Assembly: GCF_004010195.1 (NCBI RefSeq)
Contig: NC_057756.1
Span: 2,792,776-2,856,775, forward strand
DNA from: Chiloscyllium plagiosum
Taxonomy: Eukaryota
Direction: 5' to 3'
DNA length: 64,000 nt
Shown here: positions 25,681 to 37,569 of the stretch, one piece after another
Numbering within the stretch: position 1 is the first letter of the stretch
How the letters are laid out: each line of letters begins with the position of its first letter
Translations under genes and position numbers: made by a program
Notes under the pieces: generated by a model
The model's database searches: none
Told to the model about the DNA's origin: nothing
The model's input: the letters and a program-made list of their open reading frames with translations, nothing else

Positions 25681-26506
25681 ATCATCTATAGTGCAGACAT
25701 TATTTGCCCTGGCCAACACAGGCATTTTTATTTTTAGCCAAAGCATAATGAATCAGCGTGAGAACAACTTATTCAAGCAAAACAGTGGTAAATATTGAAA
25801 AAAATGGAAACATGCTTGTGGATATATGGTCTGATATGTGCACTGCACTTTTTATTATAAATTTTTAAAATGCTAACTGTAATCAAAACAAAAAGTCGAA
25901 AAGCCCTGATAGCAGTGATGGAAAAGTGAACAGGGAAGAGGTGACAAACCAAATGAGGAATTAAAGCAATAAACGTAACGACATGTAACATGCATTTGTT
26001 TTTTCCGGATTCTGTTGTTGTTGATCGATCAAAATTTATTTTTTTTACCCTCATTTCCCTTTAATTGCTGATTGTGAAACCATTACACTCAGATTACTAT
26101 AGGTATAACCCTAATAGTTTGATGGAGGGAGGTTCAGAATTTTAGCTTTTATAAAATAATGACTATATAATTTCAAGAAAATATGGTGACAGGCTGAGAT
26201 GAGAGCATGTCGGCAGTCCTCTCCTCATGCAGCTATCGACGTTTCCTTCCTTATCATACGCTTGTGTAACTGGAAATTACTGTCCAGGCAGCTCTCACGA
26301 ATTAATACGTACTCTCAGCTACACATAACGATCAAGATGTCAGTAGTGGAGTATTGAATGCTTGTAGCTTTGGCACAGATAAAGAACAAAACATCGATGA
26401 GCATGGAGCATTGTTTCTGTATCATGTGGATATAGGTACATGCTTTTGTGCGTTTGTTTGGAAGGGATCAGGTCTCAGTCCTTCCTCTGTCTTGCAGTTG
26501 TAGAAA

Positions 26507-26597
<91 letters not shown>

Positions 26598-26602
26598 CTA
26601 TC
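26507..26602. repeat. (TATC)n microsatellite
   Basis: Directly visible. Confidence 0.97.
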
Positions 26603-26654
26603 ATGGGATTTGATTTTCCTTATCTCCTGTTAGCTGTCGCTAACCCATTTCAAT

Positions 26655-26770
26655 ATTGTGAAAACAGGAGTACCAGGCTGAAACACACAGAAACACGAGG
26701 AGAACGTGCAAACTCCACATAGACAGTTGCACGAGGGCGTATTGGGACCCGGGTCCTTGGCGCTGTGAGC
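26655..26770 (-). mobile_element. HE1 SINE fragment
   Basis: GGAGAACGTGCAAACTCCAC..GGCGCTGTGAG matches the HE1 copy at 43571-43895. Confidence 0.75.
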
Positions 26771-27369
26771 TCATGGAATATAAGGGAAAATGGAATTCCA
26801 TGCTTCCTTATAGTTCGGCCAGTCTGGGACTGACTGGTATGTGTATAATCAGACATTTTGGAATGCGAAGTGATGAGATGCACGGAAAGATTCCAAGGTC
26901 TGGAGACTACAACGCATTTTAATCATCATGAGGCCATATGAATTTGTGAATGTCCAGAACAATGCCCATCATTATATCGTAGTTTCACAAAATTGGAAAA
27001 ATGAATACGAAGACAAGTATGATGACTGTGCTGTGTGTGATTGGTGGAACTGAAATTGTACTAACATGTAATGTTGCACTGTAAAAATCAGAGATTGCCA
27101 TTGATCCTTCCTCTGATCTGAAACACATTTCAAGGGAATACTCGTACTCCCACGTCCAAGCTAGGTCCTGGGAAGATTTTTTTTTTGCACTCGACCTGCA
27201 TTAACTGGTTTCTGCTTGAATAAAGTTTTGACTGAATGTTGTCTGCTTCCTGAGTCGTTGTCTGAGGTCCTGGGGTTTGTGGTGTTGGGGCGAGAGGTAT
27301 GCGTCAATATCTGCCCTTCCATTTGTGAATTCGAAGAAGTCGGGTTCTTTTATTTTCTGTCACTTAAAT

Positions 27370-28230
27370 CTGAGAGCATTCATGTAATTTGGAGAGAAAG
27401 TATACGCTCAAATCATAGGGTATTATTAACATTGTTATAGAGAATCACACAATCTGCTCAGTGAAATCTTTCAAACCATGTCCAAAGAAATGTATTCACA
27501 TTCTTGCTGCAATGCATGTGTAGTTGTCGCTCACTAACACAAAAGTGAGAACTTAGTAATGGGAATTTGTTTCTAGTTAGCAAGACACTCTTCGAATCAT
27601 ACAAATATGGAATCGTACTCACATGAACATTTATGTTTGCATATTAACACCGATGAAAATTTTGAATTTGTCAATTAACTCATCAAGTTTTTGCATGAAT
27701 CAATGCAGATATAGTGCATTGTAGAACAGGTGAAAGGCCATCACGATATATCGATGAGACAGTTTATTCTGTGCATCTTGGATTGAATTTCACGTAAACT
27801 CAACTGATGACCAGCTGGCAATTCACGTGACCCATAATCGCTCCTTTCCATAAACGACAGGTCATACACATGGATGAACTTCTGCCTATTTTTCTTCCTA
27901 CTGAATATATGATTAAGTAAATTTACTCATGAAGTTTTCTTGTTTAAGATAACAATTTTCCAGGATGCAGTCAGATTATAAACTATCTATGCTGTTTGAT
28001 GCAACTGAGTTAGTTTTTTGTAATCCCTTTGTATTAATTGACAAACTAGTCCTGACCTATATATCGCTATTCTGTCCTCCAACTGTTTCTGGTTTATTGT
28101 TGGCAACTATTTGATCAAACTTGTTTTATGAACATTGAGCTTCAATCTCCTTATTTTACCTATTTGCTTTCTCATCCTAGCGCTGTCTCCGCTTTTGTGA
28201 TGCGCCGAAGATGATCCTTTCTCAAGATTA
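27370..28230 (-). pseudogene. TOPAZ1: TOPAZ1-like fragments (N-terminal motif, then helical region)
   Basis: PCV*PVVYGKERLW (SCQRTIPMTGKRTW, weak), MQKLDELIDKF (LEKLYELKIHF), VNTFLWTWFERF (IDTPLWPCDRL). Confidence 0.45.
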
Positions 28231-28249
28231 TTTTGCCATTGAGTTGTTT

Positions 28250-28810
28250 TTTTCTGAGAAGGAGAGTAACTGGGCAGGCTACAACTAAACTGGATTTGGA
28301 TGTCGTAATTGGGGCCTTTTTGCTTAAATCTGACAGATAGTGCCTCCAGTAGAAGGCTAGGTTTGTCGGAAAAATACAGTTCAAGCGGACTGGCGAGATA
28401 ACTGCGTAGCTAGCCTTCGTTTCAATGTGTCATCTGAATTCAACTACGATCTACGTGAGAATATCTCACTGTCTCTCCACTTTTGTCTTTGAATCTGTGA
28501 GACTTTTTTTAGCCTTTTGGGCTTAATGGTATCTACGGGGATTGGTGCAAATATTTTGGAACAATAACATTAATTCCATTTAGCCTGTTAAGTTCAGAAA
28601 GGAGAAGTCATTTCGGAATTGTATTTTCTGTTCTTTGCGTTTTATTCTCTAATTTGGGAAATTAATTCTGTTTTGTTAAAATCTAAGTTAGCTGACCAGC
28701 TAATTGTCTCCGGGAAAAGGTTCTATTCACGAACGTAAGTCAAGTAGCAAAGTTAGGTTTTGGGCTTCCTGCTTAAAATATTTTGAGGCCTCGGATCTCG
28801 ACACAATGGT
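28250..28810 (+). mobile_element. Gypsy LTR fragment
   Basis: Reverse-complement similarity to the other LTRs; ends ..GGATCTCGACACA. Confidence 0.5.
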
Positions 28811-28979
28811 GACCATGCTACAACGCAGTCAGGGGGAACAAAGGTCCAAGGATGCATTGCTGCAACATCCTAGTTTTTTGAGTTTCCACTGGATTTTTAA
28901 ACACAGGAAACACAACTCAGTTCTGTGATCGAGCTTTATAATTAACAAAACACAACATTTTTTTCTATTATTCTTCGGA

Positions 28980-29650
28980 ACAGTTCACTGTTTTGTTTTT
29001 TGGACTCCGCAGCCTCATCTAAGAAAATGCTTTTCTTTGCAGCATGAATTCAATATATCAATACATTTACCATTTGAATTTCATGTCTTCTCATGTTCCA
29101 CAATCAAGTATCAAGCTCATCCTATGTCTCTTGAAATCTTCATTTCCTCACCTACTTCTCCTGTCTAACCCAAGTAAACCATACCATGCAGATATGGTCT
29201 TAAAGTCAACTGACATTTTTTTAAAAAAGATGCAAATAACTGCTTCTACAGTCTTTTGCAGGCCTTTTGCTTCAAGTAAATTTTCGTTTAGCACTTTAAC
29301 ATTTGTCTTCAGCGACATTACCACATTTGTCATCCCATAAATATGTTTTAAAGTCACATTGTGACTTCATGTATCCGAGATTAATGGAACGAACAAAGCT
29401 GATGGTTTCCACTATTGGTTCCTCACCTATGTGATATCGCAATATACGGTCTGAATTACCATTAATGGTATATACTTTCTGTTTATCACCTGAGGATTTC
29501 GCTTGTTCCACTTTCTATTAATCATAGTTTGAAACTGTTGCCAAACGCCAACCTTTGACTATTGAATAATGTGACAGTGCTTCTCCTTTTAAGGTTTGTT
29601 GTATTTTGTAATAGAGTCGTTGAGGCAGACGTTTCGATACGTCTGGAAAT
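28980..29650 (-). pseudogene. MORC2: MORC1/2-like fragment (pre-CC1 to CW), intronless, decayed
   Basis: SKRLPQRLY (TKRLSCCLY), EEPIVETISFVRSINL (KEPKELNFVFGVNI), NENLLEAKGLQKTVEAV (NKQDFADAKEYRHLLRAM), GNEDFKRHRM (SELRYKRRRAM), KFKW, KEKHFLR*GC (MORC1 QEKEFFDIWIC). Confidence 0.65.
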
Positions 29651-30103
29651 ACCTACTTGAAATGCTTTGAAGTGTGTTTTTTTTAAACAACGAAAACTTA
29701 TAAAATGCAAAGGAGAATCATTACCAAAGCTTATAAAATGCAAAGGTCAGTACCCCAGCTCATGGTTTGGATTACCTCGTTTTTCGCAAAATGTTCCATT
29801 TGTAGCTGCTGGTCAAGCTTTAGCTGGAAATCCAGAGAAGCTGCCAGTGACCGAAAGAATCGGGGCAATGCTGATACTCCAACTCTATCTCTGACGTCGC
29901 TAATGTGGGAACCTGGGTTTAATTTTGCATTTTTCTTTAAACAAAGTGGTCTTTCCAGTCATGTTACAAGAATTGGACCAGCACCAATCGGTTCTGGTAC
30001 AGTTCATTAGATTTCACGTAGTTTAGTTATTATAAATTCGATTATCTTTTGTTCTTGTTTCATTCAGCAGACTGCAAAAAAAAAACACAATTTGCTTAAA
30101 ACT

Positions 30104-30297
30104 GTTATGGTTCTGTTCGCCGAGCTGGGAATTTGTGTTGCAGACGTTTCGTCCCCTGTCCAGGTGAAGCTTCACAGGAGGCTCCCAAGCACTGAGGATG
30201 TCACCTAGACAGGGGACGAAACGTCTGCAAACAAATTCCCAGCTCGGCGAAAAGAACCACAACAACGAGCACCCGAGCTACAAATCTTCTCCCAAAC
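30104..30297 (+). mobile_element. Miniature Penelope terminal-repeat insertion with inverted arms
   Basis: 30104-30163 is the reverse complement of about 30203-30263; near-identical to the Penelope terminal repeat at 56716-56812; flanked by TTTGCTTAAAACT at 30091-30103 and 30298-30310. Confidence 0.85.
30192..30225 (+). ncRNA. Minimal hammerhead ribozyme motif in Penelope terminal repeat
   Basis: CTGAGGA - stem II (GTCACCT agac AGGGGAC) - GAAAC GTC; Penelope-like elements are known to carry minimal type I hammerheads. Confidence 0.65.
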
Positions 30298-30980
30298 TTT
30301 GCTTAAAACTAAATGGTTTGGACAACTGCACGACTCCTTGAAAATCCACTGTACACCTGCTGAGAACAACTACGAAGGGGATGGTCTGTGTTGTATTCTT
30401 GAAATGTTTTGAGGGCCTCTGGCCTAGCGCATAACTGATTGGTGGTGCTTTGCGGGATTTGTTCTGCAATTACAAATTGGATTGGGTTTGTCCGATTCAA
30501 AGGCAGGAAGTGGTCGATGTGAGTATATTTTGTTCTGGGTGTTGACGTCGGTAGGTTTAAACAGTGCTTGGTGTCGTAATGTCTTTTTTTCAGTCACGAA
30601 AACCTTTCTGGGTTGGAAGAAATGACTTCAGTGGCTTTAAAGAAAGTGCACAAGGAAAAGATGCTGGAATTACGAATGAAGCTGTTGTTGGAGATGCTTA
30701 CTTCTGTGAGTTGCAGTAGAGATATTTGAATGAATATCTCAGCATTTTAAGTTGATTGGAGTGACATCCGGATCTTTGCAGAGCGATAAAATTAAATTGT
30801 GAATGCCATACCTGGATTTAGAGGAAAAAAGGATGGTACAAAAAGAAGTGAACGTGTTTGAATTACGATTTAGGGCAGAAATAAAGATCTGAGAAGAAAT
30901 AAAAGAAAAGGGCAGAATTGCTTTAGCCGAAGGGAAAAGGGGTCATAGATCAGAGTTATAGGGAAGTAGTAACTCCAAAG

Positions 30981-31691
30981 ATGGCAGATAGATGGGTTAC
31001 AGTGAGGGGGACTGGGGGAAGCAGCCCAGTGCAGGGACCTCCTGCGGCCATTCCCCTCAAGAACAAGTATACCGTTTTGGATACTTGTGGGGGGGATGAC
31101 TTACCAGGGGTAAGTAACGGGGCTCAGGTCTCTGGCACAGAGCCTGTCCCCGTTACTCAGAAGGGAAGGGTGAAGAAGAGCAGAGCAGTAGTAATTGGGG
31201 ACTCGATAGTTAGGGGCACAGATAGGCGGTTTTGTGGGAACGAGAGAGACTCACGATTGGTATGTTGCCTCCCAGGTGCAAGGGTACGTGATGTCTCTGA
31301 TCGTGTTTCCCGGGTCCTGGAGGGGGAGGGGGAGCAGCCCGAAGTCGTGGTCCATATTGGCACCAACGACATAGGTAGGAGGAGTGCAGAGGATGTTAGA
31401 CAGGCTTTCAGGGAGCTAGGTTGGAAGCTCAGAGTTAGAACGAACAGAGTTGTTGTCTCTGGTTTGTTACCCGTGCCACGTGATAGAGAGTCGAGGAATA
31501 GGGAGAGAGAACAGTTAAATGCGTGGCTACAGGGATGGTGCAGGAGGGAGGGATTCCGGTTTTTGGATAACTGGGGTTCTTCCTGGGGACGGTGGGACCT
31601 CTATAAACAGAATGGTCTACACCTGAACCTGAGGGGCACCAGTACCCTTGGTGGGAGGTTTGCTAGTGCTCTTGGGGGGGGATTAAACTAA
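30981..31691 (+). CDS. CR1 ORF1, SGNH/GDSL esterase-like domain (5'-truncated)
   Basis: VVIGDSIVRG, CLPGARVRDV, VVHIGTNDI, NGLHLN motifs; open for 236 codons. Confidence 0.85.
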   Translation: MADRWVTVRGTGGSSPVQGPPAAIPLKNKYTVLDTCGGDDLPGVSNGAQVSGTEPVPVTQKGRVKKSRAVVIGDSIVRGTDRRFCGNERDSRLVCCLPGARVRDVSDRVSRVLEGEGEQPEVVVHIGTNDIGRRSAEDVRQAFRELGWKLRVRTNRVVVSGLLPVPRDRESRNREREQLNAWLQGWCRREGFRFLDNWGSSWGRWDLYKQNGLHLNLRGTSTLGGRFASALGGGLN

Positions 31692-33543
31692 CTCTGCCGG
31701 GGCATGGGAACCCAGACTGTAGCTTTAGGGTGCAGAACCTGGAGTGTAGGGAGGTTAGGAACATGGCAACAATTTCCAAGGAGGGTGCCTGTAAACAGGA
31801 AAGTGATTTGAAGTGTGTATACTTCAATGCAAGAAGTATACGAAATAAGGTAGGTGAACTTGCAGCGTGGGTTGGTACCTGGGACTTCGATGTTGTGGCT
31901 ATTACGGAGACATGGCTAGAACAGGGACAGGATTGGCTGGTGCAGGTTCCAGGATTTAAATGTTTGAGTAGGGGCAGAGGGGGGGGTAAAAGAGGGGGAG
32001 GTGTGGCATTGCTTGTCAAAGATAGTATTACAGAGGTGGAAAGGACGATGGATGAGGACTTGCCATCTGAGGTAGTTTGGGCTGAGGTTAGGAATAGGAA
32101 AGGTGAGGTCACCCTGTAAGGAGTCTTTTACAGGCCTCCTAATAGTCCTAGAATCATTGAAGAAAGGATAGGGAAGGCGATTCAGGAGATGAGTGACAGT
32201 AATAGGGTGGTTGTTATGGGGGACTTTAACTTTCCTGATATTGATTGGGAAAGCTATAGCTCAAGTTCGTTAGATGGGTCAGTGTTTGTTCAATGTGTGC
32301 AGGAGAGTTTCCTGACACAATATGTAGACAGGCCAACAAGAGGTGAGGCCATACTGGATTTGGTTCTGGGTAACGAACCAGGCCAGGTGTTAGAATTAGA
32401 GGTAGGTGAGCACTTTGGGGATAGTGACCATAATTCAGTGATTTTTACTCTCGTGATGGAGAGGGATAAGTGTGTACTACAAGGCAAGAGTTATAGCTGG
32501 GGTCAGGGAAAGTATGATGCGGTGAGGCATGACTTAGGATGTGTGGCTTGGAAAAGTAGACTCCAAGGCAAGAGTGTAAATGATATGTGGAACTTGTCCA
32601 AGGGGCAACTATTGAGTGTCCTTGATAATTATGTACCGGTCAGGCAGGTAGGAAAGGGTCGTGCGAGGGAGCCGTGGTTTAATAAGGAATTGGAATCCCT
32701 TGTTAAATGGAAGAGGGCGGCCTATCTCAAGATGAGACGTGAAGGTTCAATTGGGGCGATTGAGAGTTATAGGGTAGCCAGGAAGGACCTGAAGAGAGAG
32801 CTAAAAGCAGCAAGGAGGGGACATGAAAGGTCCCGAGTCGGTAGGATTAGGGAAAACCCTAAGGCTTTCTATAGGTATGTTAGGAATAAAAGAATGACTA
32901 GGGTAGGAATAGGTCCAGTCAAGGATAGTAGTGGGAAGTTGCGTGTGGAGGCGGAAGAGATTGGGGAGACACTGAATGAATACTTTACTTCAGTATTTAC
33001 TCAGGAACAGGGCATTGTCATCGATGTGAATACTGAGTCACAAATAAGTAGAATGGAAGGCTTTGAGGTATGTAGAGAAGAGGTATTGGAAATCCTGGAA
33101 AAGGTGAAAATAGATAAGTCCCCTGGGCCTGATGGCATTTATCCTAGGATTCTCTGGGAAGCAAGGGAGGAGATTGCAGAGCCATTGGCCTTGATTTTTA
33201 TGTCCTCTTTGTCTACAGGAGTAGTCCCAGAAGACAGGAGGATAGCAAATGTGGTTCCCTTGTTCAAAAAGGGGAGTAGGGATAACCCTAGTAACTATAG
33301 GCCGGTGAGTCTCACTTCTGTTGTGGGCAAAGTCTTAGAGAGAATTGTAAGGGATAGGATTTATGAACATCTGGAAGTGTAGGTCGTGCCTCACAAACCT
33401 TATTGAATTCTTTGAAAAGGTGACGAAGGAGGTTGATGAGGGAAAAGCGGTAGATGTGGTGTATATGGATTTTAGTAAGGCGTTTGACAAGGTTCCCCAT
33501 GGTAGGCTACTGCAGAAAATACGGAGATATGGCATTGAGGGTG
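31692..33543 (+). CDS. CR1 ORF2 APE endonuclease and N-terminal RT (disrupted: stop near 32117, deletion near 33380)
   Basis: YFNARSIRNK, VVAITETW, VVMGDFN, GDSDHN, DKSPGPDGIYPRIL, NYRPVSLTS, YMDFSKAFDKVPH. Confidence 0.9.
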
Positions 33544-33907
33544 TGGACTCCATTTGCCACCTCTCAGCCCAATTCTGCAGTTTATCCAAGTCCCCCTGCA
33601 ACCTGTAACATTCTTCCACACTGACCACCACTCCACCGACTTTAGCGTCGTCTGCAAATTTACTAATCCATCCACCTATGTTATGCCTGCATCTAAGTCA
33701 TTTATAAAAATGACAAACAGCAGTGGTCCCAAAACAGACCCTTGTGGCACACCACTAGTAACCGGACTCCAGGCTGAATATTTTCCATCAACCACCACCC
33801 GCTGCCTTCTTTCAGAAAGCCAGTTTCTAAGCCAAGCTGCTAAATCACCCTCAGTTCCATGCCTCTGCATTTTCTCCAACAGCCTACCACGTGGAACCTT
33901 ATCAAAG

Positions 33908-34750
33908 GCTCCCGGCGTCCTGCTTCTCTATCCCATTGAAAACAATAGCGTGCTTCTTTAGAATTCTTGATCAGTCACTCTCAGAATCTTGACAAGTGAT
34001 TGCCTTCGGCCCAGTTGAGTTTGATTCTGTCCAACCACATTCTTGCCCATAAAGCTCTAAGATTTCCTTTGTTGACGCGCAGGCTGTGTCTTCAGACTGA
34101 CCGTATAACTGAACGTTCCCACCGTGAAAGCACCTGTGTGTGTTCCTCGCTCAGTTTCTGAAGGTTGCAGCGCAACGTGACTCAGCCGTATCAATGAAAC
34201 CGGTGTCCACGTCCATTCTTACCGGTTTGCCGTTCAGTAAGGGAGCGACCGGGGCGTCGGCAGCTATCGCCAGTATCTGTAACAACAACACCTCATTGGT
34301 TTGTGCGCCTGGGCTTTTGTCTTCTTGCCCTTTTTGTACCATTTAGGATTTCTTCCTGTACTTTCGCTGCAGGTTATTGGTACTTTCTCCCCCGAGCGCA
34401 CCCACTTAATATATTCTTTTTTAATGCTGCAGTTTCTGCACACAGCTTCTTTCCAGCAGCAATTTGCTGCTGCCTGACATGTGTTTCCACAGCAGTGGCA
34501 GTTTTGTGTCTGCGTTGGTGCTTGTCCCTGGGCCACCATTTTGTGAACTCTCAGCCACCATTTTGTGAGGTGTTGACCTTCCTTGGCTGCGAGTTCCATC
34601 ACGGTTGCCATTCCCAGCACTTTCATTTAAGTGTAGTCACCTTTGCGTCAGTAATCTCTTCTGGATCGCTTCACATCTTACGGCAGGCTGCTACAAAAGG
34701 TAGAGTCTCGTGGGATCTGAGGTGAGTCTGCGTTGGTGCTTGTCCCTGGG
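33908..34750 (-). mobile_element. Gypsy-type gag knuckle/protease fragment inside the CR1
   Basis: CHCCG..CCWKEAVCRNC knuckles (ORF 34264-34626) and LNGKPVRMDVDTG protease motif (ORF 34151-34342). Confidence 0.7.
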
Positions 34751-35729
34751 CCACAATTAAGGGGGAGTAGATATAGGACTGATGTTAGGGGTAGGTTCTT
34801 CACTCACCGAGTCGTTAGTTCATGGAATGCCCTGCCAGTAACAGTGGTGGACTCTCCCTCTTTATGGGCATTTAAGAGGGCATTGGATAGGTATATGGAG
34901 GATAGTGGGTTAGTGTAGTTTAGGTGGGCTTGGATCGGCGCAACATCGAGGGCCCAAGGGCCTGTACTGCGTTGTATTCTTCTATGTTCTATGTTCTATG
35001 TTCTATGAGACTGAAAATTAGAAGAGAGAGAAAGAGCGAGCAAAAGAGAGAAAATGAAAGCGAGCAAAGGAAGAAAGAGAAGGAGATTGAACTGCATAAA
35101 TTAGTACTTCGACTGGACAGTAATCTTAAAAGAATGAAAATGACTATTTAAGGTAAGCTTAGCGAAGAGGAGAGTGAGGATGAGCCAACGCATAGCAGAC
35201 AAAGGCCTACTAGGAATACATTTAAATATATTTAAGCTTTGGCGAAATTCGTTGAGAAGATGGAGAATCCTTCTCCATCCCATTTGAGAAGCAATCCAAT
35301 CAAGTGCAATGGCCAGTGACCACATGAGATTCGTTGATCCCTCCAGAACATGTTTTTACTGGAAACGAAATATTTGCTTTACCAGTAGTGGAGGTATCTG
35401 CGCCGATGAACAGATGAAAAGGACAGCATAAGGGCACATGAGCTTGTGCCTGAAGCTTAATGACAACGTTCCAGATATCTAAGGAAGGACCCCAGTCAAA
35501 CTTTCATTTAGTTTGAAAGGATTAAAGAAATTAATTCTGATAGGTGAAAACGTAGCAAACCTATGACGCTCTTGGAAAGACGATTATTTTGGAGCAGTTC
35601 AAAAATCCGTTCCTGAGGAAATGATAACTCATGTGGAAGAGAAGAAACTTAAAAAGTCAAGGGTAGCCACCAAAGTGGCTCATGAATATGAGTTGGGTGA
35701 CAAATTAATGTTTGGCTTTTCACATCAAC

Positions 35730-36052
35730 GGGCGGCATGGTGGCACAGTCGTTAGCACTGCTGCCTCACAGCGCCTGAGACCCGGGTTCAATTCCCGCCT
35801 CAGGCGACTGACTGTGTGGAGTTTGCACATTCTCCCCGTGTCTGCGTGGGTTTCCTCCGGGTGCTCCGGTTTCCTCCCACAATCCAAAGATGTGCAGGTC
35901 AGGTGAATTGACCATGTTAAATTGCCCGTAGTGTTAGGTAATGGGTAAATGTAGGGGTATGGGTTTGTTGCGCATCGGCGGGTCGGTGTGGACTTGTTGG
36001 GCCGAAGGGCCTGTTTCCACACTGTAATGTAATCTAATCTAATCCAATCTAA
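35730..36052 (+). mobile_element. HE1 SINE (young)
   Basis: tRNA-derived head GGGCGGCATGGTGGCACAGTCGTTAGCACTGC..GGTTCAATTCC, CR1-like 3' part GGGCCGAAGGGCCTG, (TCTAA)n tail. Confidence 0.92.
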
Positions 36053-37569
36053 ACTTCAATCTGCAAGGGACAGAAACTAGAGAAAACAGAAATGCTGACG
36101 TGGTAAGGCAAAGGTAGATCTCGAAGAAGATCGGAAGGATGATTTACCACTAGGTTAAATGGAGGTCCTGAAGTGGAAAGCATAGTTAATGTGCTGCTAT
36201 GTTTTCACTTTATAAAATAAGCCACGTGAAATCACAGCGTTAGTGGATTAGGAAAAGGGAAGCTAGATGTAGAAGACAAGATAAGCCCGTTCAATTCATT
36301 GGAGTGGTAACAGAAATCATGAGTGGCGGCGAAAAAGCTGCACAGCAATGTGCAAAATGGTACGACTTAGTTTAAAGAGGCAGCACTAGATGTTCCTTAA
36401 CCATATTCTTCTGAAAGCAAAATTATTCGCATAGGCCAGGAGCAGCAGATCAAGCGATTACTGTCATGTAGTTGAACGCATGTTCTGTACCTTTAGGAGA
36501 GAGTGAATGCTGTTTTAATCTGAAAGCTGACAAACACCTGCGATGACAGGATGGCAGTCTCGGAGTGTGAGTGAAAACTGAAAATATGGAAGATTTGGCT
36601 TTGAGCTGGATACCTGAATTGATTTCTTTTTGACAACAATTCGAATTTCACCAATCAGTTTAAATTATGCCCCCAAACACTAAAACACAATAGAATTTGA
36701 ATACATTGTTTTGACAACATTGAGTGAATCCAATGTTGGGGAAATAAACTAGGTCGGCATTTTGAAAATCAGGCACAGCAACTCCAATCAACAAAGATCA
36801 AAGAAATTAGGAAACACCCCTTCCCAATGGTATTTTTTCACCTGGAATTTATTCGCAATCAAAAGCAAGAATATGACCCAGGCAATCTTCAGCCAGAAGA
36901 CAGCACATAAGACGACAGCTGCTGTGTGTTTTTGAAGTAAGTTTGTTGTAATTGTAATAAGTGTCATATTGGAACCGTGTTTTCTAAAAGAGTTGGAGAC
37001 AGGTCACAAATAGTTAGCAAAAAGGAAGGCTTAGTCTTGTGAATTGTGGTTGTTTAATGTTCAACTTTAGAGTTAATGTACAAAGTTGCATTATTTTCTT
37101 CAAATAGTTGAATTTCGCATTCCTTGGCTGCTCATATTTCTGTAGAAAACAAGGCGAGGTGAGAGTTTCTGTGCTGTTTCTATAATTAACGTTGGGTTTC
37201 ACCACCGTGTTGTTTCACTATTACCATCTCAGATTATCGCTAAAAAATATTGAAGGTCATAATTTGAGCTTTTGTCTTTTTGCGACAAATGAATGTTCAA
37301 ATGAAATCGAAAGTCTTAATTATTTACCACATTCAATATCATAGATCTTAAACATGCAAATCAATTGAAAACTATGTGCAAAGTTCCTTTATTTCTGTTT
37401 GCCACTTACTATTTTTTGTGATTTGTGGAGTAATAAATACATTATTTTTGGAACATTTTCAGACAGCCAAAATATACATTCAATTCCATGATCAATGGAT
37501 CGAACCAAATTAAAGTAATACTTCCACGCTCGTTATAAATGCTGTTCTTGCAGATACTACTAAAAGCTG

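Larger units (their letters stand above)
26170..27190 (+). pseudogene. MORC2: MORC-like S5-CW fragment interrupted by a microsatellite/SINE block, followed by a GHKL-end fragment
   Basis: YGDRLR*EHVGS (YNCSRLIKMYEKVGP), HNDQDV..LYHVDIG (HNKQDF..QYWKDIA), IRENGIPCF/FGQSGTDW ([20 protein letters not shown]), then CNVAL*KSEIAIDPSSDLKHI ([22 protein letters not shown]). Confidence 0.65.
30938..35007 (+). mobile_element. Young composite CR1 LINE (ORF1 esterase, endonuclease, partial RT, inverted CR1 piece, captured Gypsy piece, 3' tail)
   Basis: ORFs 30981-31691, 31730-32119 and 32189-33382; inverted RT segment about 33546-33907; (TTCTATG)n tail ends at 35007. Confidence 0.9.
29800..37230 (+). 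mobile_element. Decayed Gmr1-like Gypsy element (LTR-gag-PR, LTR remnant) hosting nested CR1, Penelope and HE1 insertions
   Basis: The gag coiled-coil is interrupted at about 30938 and resumes at 35008 (RLKIRRERK..IELHKL). SCAN-like and zinc-knuckle remnants at 35400-36250; LTR-like sequence at both ends. Confidence 0.7.

Noticed and set aside
6860..29750. Short tandem duplications (ATTGAGTACCACTA x2 near 6860; ACATCGAGTGGAACGAG x2 near 8951; CTTATAAAATGCAAAGG x2 near 29697)
   Set aside because: Two-copy slippage duplications; no spacer array, so not CRISPR-like.
35730..35800. tRNA-like A/B boxes
   Set aside because: They are the head of an HE1 SINE, not a tRNA gene.
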